A DNA stretch of 63,161 nt, counting the filler, from Folioceros fuciformis (Eukaryota), in the NCBI GenBank assembly GCA_049999805.1. It is 12 parts of 12 records of this genome, joined end to end, with 100 filler letters (N's around TTAATTAATTAA, not from the genome) between each part and the next. Parts side by side here need not be neighbours in the genome. Positions count along the whole stretch, not along the records: positions 1 to 18,705 come from JBNGIO010005590.1; 11 more parts are not named here. One strand, written 5' to 3'. This document shows, one piece after another, positions 1 to 14,055 of this stretch. A program made the translations under genes and the position numbers. Below the pieces are notes generated by a model. The model was not told the DNA's origin, did no database searches, and saw nothing but the letters and a program-made list of their open reading frames with translations. How positions within the stretch are numbered: the stretch's first letter is position 1; every line of letters begins with the position of its first letter.

Positions 1-85
1 TGCTGCCCGATCTAGCCCCTAGCCCCGCTCCTCCATCCTCCATCCCGATCCCGCTCCCTCCCTCTCCAAGTAAGGAGTTTTTTTA

Positions 86-192
86 GAGACCGTATACGGT
101 CCGTATACGTATACCCCCCTCTCTTGTATTTTATACGGTTTAGATACGTATTTAATACGTACTAATACGTATACCGTATACGTATCCCCGTA
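86..192. repeat. Cluster of CGTATAC/TACGTA motifs, possibly subterminal repeats of a DNA transposon or MITE
   Basis: Repeated ccgtatacg and atacgtat units in both orientations; no terminal inverted repeat identified. Confidence 0.35.
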
Positions 193-583
193 TTTATTTT
201 CTTTTTCTTTTCCTAATTTCCCCTTTCCTATTTTCTTCCCTATTTTTCTGGATTTAATTCCAGAAATTCCATTTCAACTCCGTTTCACCTGCTTCCTTTT
301 CCCCTTAGTTCAGGGCCTTCCCCAGCACCCTAGGGTCAGTCTTCCATGGCCGAGGAACCATTTCGGCTGGGAGCTGATCCCGCTGAATAAGCTACCGTTT
401 TCAGGCTAGGTTCCGGCTGCTGATCCCACCTCTTCTCTATCTTTCCCATTGCGCATGCTCCTCCCCTAGAGGCTGGCTCAGCCACCAAGGGTGAACAGTT
501 GCAGGGGAAGACTAGCGGGCGACCATCCAGCAAGGAAGAGGCGGCGTCCGCAGATCTTTGAAGATCGGACATCCTCCGAAGTC

Positions 584-1666
584 TGTGGATAGTCTAAGAG
601 GTGGTAGATCCTTGTGGTGGTAGGGCCAGAAGCTCATTGGTGGCAGGTTGTGCTAGAAGTCTAAATAAGTGGCTGGTGACAGCCGGCTAGGCTATTAAGA
701 TAATATTTCTCAAGTTAGAGAGAGGTGAAGTAAGAGAGAGAGAGAGATAGGCTCCTATAAGATCAGGTGAGCCTGTAGGAGGAGGGAGTCATTCACTTTT
801 GGGAGTCAGTCTATCTCTTTGTGAGCTCTTGGAGGTCCTCTCTTCATGAGCTCTTGTGGTCTGTCCCTGCTTGGTCTAGGACCTGCAGTGTGTTGCCGGC
901 TGTGCAACGTCTGGTAGGATCGCAAGCCGTGTGTTGCCGGCTGTACAGTGTCTGGTAGGATCGCAGGCAGCGTGTTGCCGGCTGTACAGTGTCTGGTAGG
1001 ATCGCGGGCAGCGTGTTGCCGGTTGTATAGTGTCTGGTAGGATCACAAGGTGTAATGACCAGGGTGTAGGGGCTTGCCCCTAGCTCTTGATTGTAAAGGG
1101 TGTGTCTTTCTCTCAACCTGTCCACTCTTGTTCCTTGCTTGGTCAAGTGCTGTAGGCCGGCCATGTCTCATGGCGTCTGGCAAGGTTGTGGGGAGGAGAT
1201 ACCCAAGAGGGGAGTGTGTTCCCCTCTTCCTTTTGTTTGGGGTTAGTCTAGTGACTCGTGCCGGGTAGGAGGAGTCCGTAGGGAAGTGTACAAGGTAGTG
1301 GTGTCGTTGCTGGTTGCTGGTAGTTGTTGGTGTTGGTGCTGGAGTGAGAGAGTGAGTGAGGTGTGTGAGGAAAGACGCAGATCTGAGAGGTTAGAGTCGT
1401 TGTAGTGACTGGAGTGAGTTTGTGGGCACCGAGAGAGGTGCAGCTGACCGCCGGACAGCGAGGCCTGCCCTACGCCTGATCGGAGCTGGAGGGGAGCCCT
1501 CGAATCCATCATCGAGTTCATCAAGTCCGACCCTCCATCCACAGCAGCAAGGAACCCCATCGCTCCTTCGTGGGAACGAAACCCAATGTCTCAACGACAG
1601 TGGGATAAGTGTGGCCACTAAAGGTGGGACCCGTCGGCAATCAGTGCCCTGGGTTTTGCCTCCACA
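584..1666 (+). mobile_element. LTR of a Ty3/gypsy-type family with TGTGG...CCACA termini
   Basis: Starts tgtgg and ends tccaca. The 3' end is fixed by reverse-complement copies at 18570 and 37435 that stop at the same base. Shares the U5 motif acgacagtgggataagtgtggccactaaagg with the 45242 LTR. The 5' boundary is less certain and no TSD was found. Confidence 0.6.
891..1048 (+). repeat. 41-bp tandem repeat, about 3.9 copies, inside the LTR
   Basis: tgttgccgg starts at 891, 932, 973 and 1014. Confidence 0.9.
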
Positions 1667-1687
1667 GATGGTGAACGGTTGAAGAGT

Positions 1688-1800
1688 TGAAGTGCTGATT
1701 TGAGGTGCTGAAGATTTGAGGTGCTGGAGAAGTGCTGGAGTAGAGATTTGAAGTGCTGGAGAAGTGCTGGAGTAGAGACTTGAAGTGCTGGAGTTTGGAG
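1688..1800 (+). repeat. Degenerate GAAGTGCTGGA-based minisatellite
   Basis: Repeated gaagtgctg/gaggtgctg units with an approximately 33-bp higher period. Confidence 0.7.
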
Positions 1801-2404
1801 TTGTTGTGCCGGGGTGAGGAGCTTAGGTGCTGAAGTTCTCAATCAGCTGCTGAGGTGGCTGGCATTTAGGGCTGAGAGTGGAGGTCGAGGCCAAGGCTAA
1901 GGCCTCCTCTCAGCTACTGAGGCGGCTGATACCCGGAGCTGGAAGTGGGAGCTGAAGATGATGTTGAGTCCTCATTCAACTGGGGTTGTGGTTGGTGTTG
2001 AAGACAGAGTTCTGATCTTTTTGCTGTAGTGTGGTTAGGTCTAGGAGCCGGCTGATAGATAGGATTAGATTTGGGCAGTGTGGGGGAGATTGTAGGAAAC
2101 CTTGACACTAGTTCACTCCCTTGGAAGCGAATCCTAGTACTACGACGATAATAAGGGGGAAGTGTGGCCCTTAGTGGTTCTTGGGTGTAAGTTCCACTCC
2201 ACACTAGCTTATTTAGCTGTCAGTGTAAGTTTAAATTTTGAAAGGCCAAGGACACTGATGTGGTCATGGTCAGTTCCGAGGTTGAGTCATCAATGCTTCC
2301 ACCATACCTACATGCAATACCCAGCCTTCCCATTTGCCAAGGACCCCCAAGGCTACCTCGACCCTTACTTAGGGTGGAGACTTGCGCTTCGTTTCCCCAC
2401 TACC

Positions 2405-2538
2405 CATTAATAGCCGCAGTTATACCTTGCCATTGCCTTCGATGGGGAGAGAGATGTCATCTTCGAGAAGAACATGTTGATTAAAGTTGATGGTATGATA
2501 TGATGTGAACATCTCCTTGCTACTTCCTATGTGAGTTG
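2405..2538 (-). pseudogene. Protease remnant of an older Ty1/copia element (target of the 2539 insertion)
   Basis: Minus strand reads THIGSSKEMFTSYHTINFNQHVLLEDDISLPIEGNGKV, continuing WFLDLGDT on the other side of the inserted LTR. Confidence 0.75.
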
Positions 2539-5500
2539 TGTAGGGTTATTAAAGCCCAATGTGCTTAGACTAATGTGTTTAGTCTAAGATTAGTGTCTAG
2601 CTAAGTATCATTTGTTTAGATTAGCTTAAGCTAATATGAAGGACGCTTCTTGCGCAGCTTCCTGTGAGCTTCTTGTGAAGCTTCCTTGGGAGCTCTTCTA
2701 GAAGGTATAAATACTCTCTTGAGCTCCCTTGCAATTGTGAGAGTGCGAGAGACCTTTCTTTCTCCTCTCCTCCTTTATCATGTGGCTCCCCTCCTTCTTC
2801 ATCATGTGGCTCCCCTAGCGATCCTTCAAGTTGTGTCACCTAAGTCCAAAAACCATCTACAACTTTCCATTCTAGTCAATGTTAAAACAAACAACTAAAA
2901 TGTAGCTTGCAAGGGGTGACTTGATCATGGATGTGGTCATGTTGGACTCATATCAAGGTGAGTCCTGTCGGGGTTCACCCGATTGCTCCACCCTGTATTC
3001 ATGCTCACAGTGCCCATGGTGTAGCGCCAATTGCAAGGCCGTGAGGAAGGCACTGGGAGTGAGGGCAGCATCCTGAGGGCCCGTGTGAGGCAACTTTGTT
3101 GCCCAGGGTGCAGGGGTCTCCAGCTCCACTGTGCTCAGGCCGTGGCAACGGTAGCGCAAGGCACCCGGGAGGACGCCACCGCACCGCGCGGGGTGCCTCT
3201 ACCACCGCCAGGGCGCGAGGGCACAGGGCGCCGAGCCGTGCTGCGCGGGGTACCTCCCCCAACGCCAAGGTACGAGGGCGCGAGGTCGTGCCAGGCCGCG
3301 GGGCACCTGTGAGGGCACCATCGCACGGAGCGCTACCCTATAGCGCGGGGCACCTACCCGCGCCGTGCGGGCGCCATGCCTGGCACAAGGCGCGGGGCGG
3401 GGGCCGCACCGCGCGGGGGGATCGCAGCCCTGCCGCACTAGGCACAGGAAGGCGGGCGCAGCAAGGCATCAAACCGCGTCGGGCCTAGGGTAGCCGACGT
3501 CACAGGACAATTGACGCCGCGAAGGAGGAAGGCTGTCACGGGGTTTCGAACGCAATGAGGCAGCAAGAATAGTGCATTCAACCGTGGCAAGAACGGTGGT
3601 GCTGATCGCCAAGATTGTGGATAGACTCTTGCGATGGTTTGAGGTCTACAAGTTGTGTAAGCCGATGCGGAACAAGGCGTGATTACCATAAGGGTAACTT
3701 CCAAAATCTACATTACATTCAGACCATTTCTAACTAGCCTTTGTTTGATTTGCATCGATTTTGAAGGATGACGTCCTCATAAAACGTTATATTCAATATC
3801 GAGAAGTTAGATGGTACTAACTTCCCGTTCTAGAAAGAACAAATGTATAATGTTCTAGTGCTGAAAAAACAGATCAAGCCCATAAAGTTGCTAGGTGTGA
3901 AACCTATTAGCATGACTGAGGATGAGTGGCAGAATCTAGATGAGCTTGCTAGATCTACCATCATGGTAACATTGTCGAAGTCGATCTACTTCAATGCGAA
4001 GACAAGACCACAAGTTACGAGCTATGGCAGAAGTTGTGTGACCTGTATGAGAAGCAAAGTGCGGCTTCTGAGGTGTACTAGTTGAAACAGCTGGTGGACT
4101 TGAAGATGAAGGAAGGGACGAGGATGTCCAATCTTCTCAATGAGTTCAATACCATTTTCAGCTAGCTCTCATCTCAAGGTATCTCGTTCCCAGATTTCGT
4201 GAGAGCTATGTTTCTGTTGGTCACATTACCAGAGAGTTGGGACACCTTTCATACAACTCTAAGTAATTCCGCTCCTGCCAGTGGTCTCACCATTGTAAAT
4301 GTAGAAGGTAGCCTGTTAACAGAAGAGGTGAACAGGAAGAATATGGAACCTTTGAAAGGTTCCAATGCCCTCATGATGAGAGGAAGGTCTACTTCAAAAG
4401 GGAAGCAAAAGGAGCGAAGCCTTTCCCATAGCAAATCTCGTAGTCGTAACAATGTTGAGTGTTATCATTGTCACAAAAAGGGTCACATCAGAAGGGATTG
4501 CGAGAAGCTCTAGAAGGACAAAGGAAAGGAGAAGAAGCAGAACGACAACAAGGCAAGTCCAAGTAACAAGTCTAACGAGGTGAATTTTGTTGATGATGGA
4601 GATGTTCTTATCTCTTCTTCCTTCGATTCTGCACAATTGACAGCCGTGGATAGTCACTTATTTTCTAATTGGATAATTGACTCTGGAGCATCTTTCCATG
4701 TTACTCCGCATAGGGAGTGGTTTAGCACCTATTATGCTACTAGGAAAGGATGTGTTCGGCTTGGAAATAACTACGCATGCGAGATTGCAGGCATTGGTGA
4801 TGTGCAACTGAAGTTTGATAATAGATCTTCATTCATACTAAAGGATGTTAGGCATGTTTCGAAGTTGACAAAAAGCATGATTAGCGCAGGGCAGTTGGAT
4901 GACGCTGGCTACCACTGTTGGTTTGGGGATCATTCTTGGAAGATCTCCAAAGGTTCTCTTGTGTTAGCTCGTGGATTGAAGTGTGGCACTTTGTACTCAC
5001 TTCTAGTAACCACTATCAAGGATCATGTGATTTGTGTAACGGAACAGCCAAATGTTTCCTTGTGGCATTGTCGGTTAGGACATATGTCTCAAAAAGGAAT
5101 TAAGATCTTATCTCGTTTTGGTTATGGCCCTGCTTTTGACTTCTCCAATTTCTCCGTGTGTGAGCATTGTTTGTATGGGAAACAGACGAAATCACCACAT
5201 GGAGCAAGAGGTAAACACAAAAGTAAACCTCTTGAATTGGTTCACATTGATGTTTGTGAACCTATGCCCACTGCATCATTAGGTGATGCATCTTATTTTG
5301 TCACTTTCATAGATGATTTCTCACACAAGGTGTGGGTTTATTGTTTGAGGAAAAAGGATGATGCTCTGATAGTGTTTCAGAAATTCGTCACCCTTATGGA
5401 GAATCTAAAGTGTCTAAGGACAGGCAATGGTGGAGTGTATGTTTCGAAGGCTTTCCAGTCATTATGTGATTCCATGGGAATCAAGAGAGAATTGACTGCT

Positions 5501-7990
5501 CCATATACTCCTTCCCATAATGGTGTGACTAATAGATGAACAGGACCATCCAGGAGAGGATTTTGGGCAGAAGCAATGTCTACTGCAATGCATCTTATTA
5601 ACAGATCTCCTAATAAGGCTGTGGATGAGCAGGTTCCAGAGGAGCTGTGGTCTGGAAAGAAGCCATCTTACAAGCATCTACGAGTGTTTGGCTGCGAGGC
5701 ATACTACCATGTTCGAAAGGAGTTTCGAGACAAGTTGGCACCCAAGTCTAGAAAATGTATTTTTCTTGGCTATGGTGACTTTGGTGAGATGGAATACCAT
5801 TTATGGGATCCAGAAGCCAAGCAGGTTGTTCACAGCAATGACGTGTTCTTCAATGAGAACAAGATGCAGAAGAAGCCTATTCCAACTGTGGAGGTGCAAC
5901 AGGTGGTCTTCCAAGAAGATGGACTTGACCGTCACGAGCAGGTTGAACGTCGTGATGTGCAGGAACCCGTTCCTCCACTTGTAGAAGAAGAGAGTGCAAC
6001 CAGGTCCAATCGAGGCGCCTGTGCTTCATAGGTGAGGAAGGATTTCACGTCCTCCTGACAGGTCTGTTGCATCTCTTGATTATGTCATGCTAACGGATTC
6101 TGGTGAGCCCTCTTGTTACAAATAGGCCATGTCAGTGACTGACAAGGACAAGTGGGAGAAGGCGATGCAGTCGCAGATGGATTCGCTCCACAAGAACCAA
6201 ACGTGGGAGTTGGTTCGGTTGCCTAGGGGCAAGAAGGCATTGCCATGCCAATGGATGTATAAGATGGAGGACATACCCCATTATGGCAAACCCAAGTACA
6301 AGGCATGATTGGTTGCTAAGGGTTTTAAGCAACAGCAAGGTATTAACTTTGATGAGATTTTCTCACCAGTTGTCAAAATGACCACCTTGCAATGTGTTCT
6401 TGCTCTAGTTGCAAGGAATGACATGGAACTTGTCCAAATGGATGTCAAGTAGGCATGTCTGCATCGTGATCTCCAAGAAGATGTATACATGCAGCAACCA
6501 GAGAGTTTCATTGAGAAGGGCAGAGAGAATCTGGTGTGCAGGTTAAAGAAGAGCCTTTATGGTTTGAAACAAGCACCTAGGGAGTGGTATTACAAGTTCC
6601 ACTTATTTATGCTTTCTCAAGGCTACAAACGTAGCGATGAGGATCATTGCCTCTATACGAAGTAAGCTAAGGATGGAAGCTTGCTCATTTTGGTTCTCTA
6701 TGTGGATTATATGCTAATTGCTGGGAATAGCAGTGATAAGATTTCAGCGTTGAAGTCAAAGTTGAATGCTCACTTTGACATGACAAACTTGGGAGAGGCC
6801 AACTATATTCTTGGCATGCGTATTTGTCGAGACAGACATAAGCATTTGCTTTACTTGTCTTAGATTGAGTACATTAACAGGGTGCTTCAACATTTCAACA
6901 TAGAGAAGGGGAAGCTATTGAGTACCCCGTTGCCTTCATATGTGAAACTTTCGAGCAAGGATTGCCCAAGCTCTGCGGAGGACAAAGCTGAAATGGAGAA
7001 GGTTCCATACTCATCAGTTGTAGGGAGTTTCATGTATGCAATGATTGCTATATGTCCTGACATTGCTTTTGTGGTAGGAATGGTTAGCAGGTTTATGTCA
7101 AAACCTGGCAAGAAGCATTAGAGGCAGTAAAAGAAGTTATGAGGTATTTAAATGGTACAAAAGCTTTGTGCATATGTTTTGGTAGTGACGATGCATCTGT
7201 CATGGGATATATGAATGCTGATTATGCAGGGGATATGGACAAAAGAAGGTCCACATCAGGTTATGTCTTCATGTGCATTGGAGGGGCAGTCTCATGGCGA
7301 TCTCTCGTTTGCAATTGTGCATAATGCTATCTACCATAGAGGCCGAGTATATTGCAGCGACTAAGGCTTGCAAGAAAGCCATGTGGCTTGCTCGTTTAAT
7401 GGGAGACTTGGGATCAAGGTTGAGGTGCCAATGTTGCATTGTGATAGCCAGAGTGTTATCCAATTGGCGAAGAATCCAATGTTTCATGCGAAGACTAAAC
7501 ATGTGGAAGTGAAGTATCACTTCATTCGAGAGGTGTTGGAAGACAAGAGGGTAGAGTTTGTCAAAGTTCACACCAATCAGAACCCTGCAGATATTCTTAC
7601 CAAGGGTCTCTCTATGGAGCAATTCACACAAGCTCGCACACTCATGGGCATGAGGTAGACCACTCTCCTATGAAGGTAAATTGGCCTTTAAGTGGGAGGT
7701 TGTAGGTTTATTAAAGCCCAATGTGCTTAGACTAATGTGTTTAGTATAAGATTAGTGTCTAGCTAAGTATCATTTGTTTAGATTAGCTTAAGCTAATATG
7801 AAGGAAGCTTCTTGCGCAGCTTTCTGTGAGCTTCTTGTGAAACTTCCTTGGGAGCTCTTCTAGAGGGTATAAATACCCTCTTGAGCTCCCTTGCAATTGT
7901 GAGAGTTTGAGAGACCTTGCTTTCTCCTCTTCTCCTTCATCATGTGGCTCCTCTCCTTCTTCATCATGTGGCTCCCCTAGCGATCCTTCA
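2539..7990 (+). mobile_element. Near full-length Ty1/copia LTR retrotransposon (Tnt1-like), decayed
   Basis: 290-bp LTRs at 2539-2828 and 7701-7990 (TG..CA, about 13 mismatches), AGTTG TSD, PPT aagtgggagg before the 3' LTR, gag-PR-IN-RT-RH order. The PBS is missing. Confidence 0.93.
3768..7658 (+). pseudogene. Copia gag-pol polyprotein with stops and frameshifts
   Basis: IEKLDGTNF; CYHCHKKGHIRRDC knuckle; WIIDSGASFH protease; LWHCRLGH..CEHC; LVHIDVC integrase; LYVDYML RT; ADYAGDMDKRRSTSGY and QNPADILTK RNase H. Confidence 0.93.
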
Positions 7991-8730
7991 AGTTGTGTCA
8001 CCTGAGTCCAAAAACCATCTACAACTTTCCATTCTAGCCAATGTTAAAAAAAACAGCTAAAATGTAGCTTGCAAGGGGTGACTTGATCATGGATGTGGTC
8101 ATGTTGGACTCATATCAAGGTGAGTCCTATCGGGGTTCACCCGATTGCTCCACCCTGTATTCATGCTCACAGTGCCCATGGTGTAGCGCCAATTGCATGG
8201 TCCCTTGTTTTCTTCTTCTGAGGATGGTTGTTGGAGCTGTTGTTAGCATAGCAACAACACCTTAAGCTTGATGACAATTGTGCCATTGGCTGCAAGCCAG
8301 GCCCACAAGGACCTAAAGTTGTGTACTTGCTACTCTATACTATCATTGTCCTTCGTCCTCAACCTATAAAAATGTCTGGTTGCATTTATCAAGGATATTG
8401 AACTATGAACTCTGGGGCTGGAACATGTCATTGAATGCCTTCCAAATCACGTGGGCTGTATTTTGGCCTTGAGTGTGTTGAAGCATTGTTTTATCTATTG
8501 CTGGAATAAGCAAACTATGTGCTCAACAATCATTCTTGTACCATGTTGCAATGGTGTTCATAGTGCCTATAGGTGTTGTGGTTGTCAAGGGTAATGGGAG
8601 TGTCTCATCAGTCACCTCTATTAGGTCGTTGTCTTTGAGAAGCTCGATGGTGTGCACTTTCCATATGTTGAAGTCTATTTCGGTGAATCGGTCTTGATCA
8701 CGGAACTTGATCCTCGTGGTGTTGAAGATT
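7991..8730 (-). pseudogene. Gag remnant of the older Ty1/copia element
   Basis: Minus strand RIKFRDQDRFTEIDFNIWKVHTIELLKDNDL, plus degenerate CNW..GH..GEPR and WFLDLGDT; same family style as the 39466 gag. Confidence 0.75.
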
Positions 8731-10941
8731 GTAGGGGCCAGTGTAATAATTCTACTTACTTGCTTGGTTCTCTTGATGTGTGACCTGAGAGTGTCAAAAG
8801 CAAGAGTGCAATTGTTGGGTGATGCAAAGGGGTCGTGGCCTAATTAAAATCTATTGCACAACGAGATTCTTTCTAATGCTAAGTGGTGAGAATGGATTTG
8901 AACTTCAATGTTTGACAATTGAGTGCTTAAATGCTCATGTGTTATGGTGATTTTGGCAGGGATTGTGTTGCCATAGTTGTGTTAAGATGCTAAGATGAGC
9001 AAGCAAATGTATGATTTGATTAAAGAGAATTCAAGTACATATTCTAGAGAAAGTATGGTTATGAGACCAACTTATTTGATTAATTTATATTCACAAAAAT
9101 AACTAAAAAAAATCTCTGGGATTAATCCCAATTCTATCCTTATTAAGCAAAATGTGCTATAATTTGTTTATGAGTTCAAAGTGCTAATCCATGGCATACA
9201 AGCTTTTCCCACAACAAGCATAGCCAGTCCATCTACCCACTCAATTAGACTACAATGAGAAGCATGACATTGGGGTGTTAGGAGTCAAACAACCCCCATC
9301 ACCATAAGGGCGGGAGAAGGGCTGCAGGCCAAGAGAAGCCCACCTTTGGTCGGAGTCATACCACCACTTGCCCCAAGGTTGGCAAATGAGCAACGGGACT
9401 AGAGGAAGTATCTCCCCAAACTGTGGTACTACTGGGGGACGTGATCAGCAAGGGCATCACCTATCAAAAAGCATTGCGTTGGGCCATTTAGGCCCCTTTG
9501 TTTGGGCGTGCTTGCTGGACTACGGCAAGTTTTATGATGGAGCAACATTAGAGGGGGCCACACATGCAGCCCAAGGCATCATGGCCTCGATAGCCTCTAT
9601 GACCTCTCTAGCTGCTTTGTCTACAAGAATGAGTCTCCACCAACCGACGTTATGCCAACTTGGGAAACACAAGGAGCCCCACTACCACCATCACTAGATG
9701 CTGCCCATGCACTATGATGGCGGATCACGGACCTACTAGCAACGATAGTTGCAACCCTGATGGTGCGCCAAGCAAAGACTTTGTTTTGTCAGCTTGGCAA
9801 TGAAAAAAGTTAGAATAGAGTAGGGTTTTTTTTTTTTTTTTTTTTGGTGCCATTACTCTAGTTGGCGGAGTCTAGGTTAGGGTTTAGGGTTTAGGGCCTC
9901 TCGAATTGAGAGGGCATTTTGAACTTCTTTTGGGTCTCCCACATTGTGGCAATAGAAGGACCTATTCTTTTCCTCTCTAGTATGCTCTTTAGCATCTGGA
10001 ATCACCAATCTCATGGCAAGGCACGGGTAGTTTGGCTTGTGTCCACAGCATCGGACCCAGGGATTGCATTGTCATAACCCAAAATACCCAAGTGTTTGAA
10101 CCGAGTTGGATACTCACATGGACGGACTTCAGAGCATACATGACAAAAACCATGGAGTTGTGTGACTTGAGATTTTGGTATTAACACCCCCACTTGGTAC
10201 TTAGGTAAATTTGGTGCCATAAGTGGTCCTCACAACCCCACCGTTTTGCCCCTTATTGATTTTTGCTAAACCCTGAAGTTTAAATTGTGGATCAAAATCA
10301 CCAAAGGCTTTCTTTTTTAAAGGGCTTGCTGCTATTAACTTGGAGCTCTCACATTGTCAGCTGCTATACATGCGCTAATGGGTTGAAAGGCTGCCTCTAA
10401 CCAACCTGCTCTACATACTAGTTGTGTCAAGTTATGTTGAGTCTTCCCAAGTTTCACTATGGCCCATCTTTAAGTTTCCTGAGTATCACCATTCCCCATC
10501 TTTAAGCCTTCCCACGTTTCGGGTTCGCATAGTGATGCTTGTGTTCAATTGATATGCAATACACAAGGCAGTCCGAGCCACGAGCCTCCGCCGCCACTCC
10601 ATGGATCCACTAGGGGTTCGCAGGATCAACGTTCCATTACACCTCAGAGGTCAACACGCGAGTGTCACCGCAAGTTTGTCTGGCAAATCAAATCCTTATG
10701 CAGATTTTTTTGGACTGACGAAGACGGATCTGAGGAGAGTTTCACCGAAACCTTCGGTCCCTTCCGTGAAATCTTCACAAACAACCCACTGTTTATTACG
10801 AATGACCAGTTTCACATAGGCTACGCCTGGCAACGCAAAAAGTTCACTGGCCACCAGTGCAAGCGTTCCTTTTCGCCGAGTTCTAAAACCGCGGGCATTA
10901 CCCCTCGATCATTTTCTCTAGGCATTAAACTCCATGAGACG

Positions 10942-13340
<2,399 letters not shown>

Positions 13341-13954
13341 GGCCCTAGAATCGAAAAACCTTCAACGAGATCCGCCGCCTGCACAAAAAGGGGAACATAC
13401 CCTGCTAAATAGTTGGCCTATTCCTACTTTAGAGCACACGCAGATGATGGCAAGAGGCAAAATAACATGACTCAACACCCGCACGAGCTTCAAGAAATAG
13501 GCGAATCACTACTACCCGCGCTCCAAGAAGTTTGAAACACCGGATGGACGACGGACAGTCCTATGACTAGAGCCTATCACCCCAGCTAAGACTGCAACAG
13601 ACACAAGATCACGAAACTTCAAGCAGCTGCGAGGAGCAAGACCCACGCTGTGCCAAAGCCGCGCTGCAAGCTGGAACCACCGCAGGGACGTGGAAATCAC
13701 CACCACTCGCGAACGAGAACGTATTCCTCGTCTCTATCTCAAAACCCCTGTACGGTGCTGTTCCCTGTACGCCGGGTTTACATGTACATAATACATATTT
13801 TCCATTTCGACAAATGATAAAAGTAACTCTGTAAAGGGAGGACACCACCTACTTTCTTCTTCGGCGAAATGCCTCCGGCCAGTTTGTCCCGTGTGGGCTG
13901 TGGAAGCTCTAAAATCACCTTTGGCTAACATTTATTTACTCGACGAGGTCCATC

Positions 13955-14055
13955 AAAGAAGCCCATTTGACTAGTCTATCATTAACGGGCTCATACATGT
14001 TTTGGCCTACCTCCTCAATGATAACGGGGATTTTTTTGGTTTGAAGGTGGGTCAT
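13955..14055 (-). promoter_or_regulatory. Possible site II (TGGGCY-like) elements upstream of the UBC gene
   Basis: agccca near 13960 plus gggctc and tgggtc nearby; a probable 5' UTR intron acceptor (gtgcag, minus strand) lies near 13380. Confidence 0.3.

Noticed and set aside
891-1048. 41-bp repeats as a CRISPR array
   Set aside because: Contiguous tandem repeat inside an LTR, with no spacers.
1477-1600. Hammerhead ribozyme or retrozyme suggested by a hairpin followed by CGAAAC
   Set aside because: No correctly placed CTGANGA core before the stem in any of the three LTR variants.
2539-3035. 497-bp LTR pair with 7701-8197
   Set aside because: TG..CA termini and the AGTTG TSD define a 290-bp LTR; the remainder is duplicated target DNA.
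3005-3488. Overlapping Arg/Gly/Ala-rich ORFs
   Set aside because: GC-rich repetitive copia leader; open frames arise from scarcity of stop codons.
9876-9896. TTTAGGG telomeric repeats
   Set aside because: Only about 2.5 units, too short to indicate an interstitial telomere.
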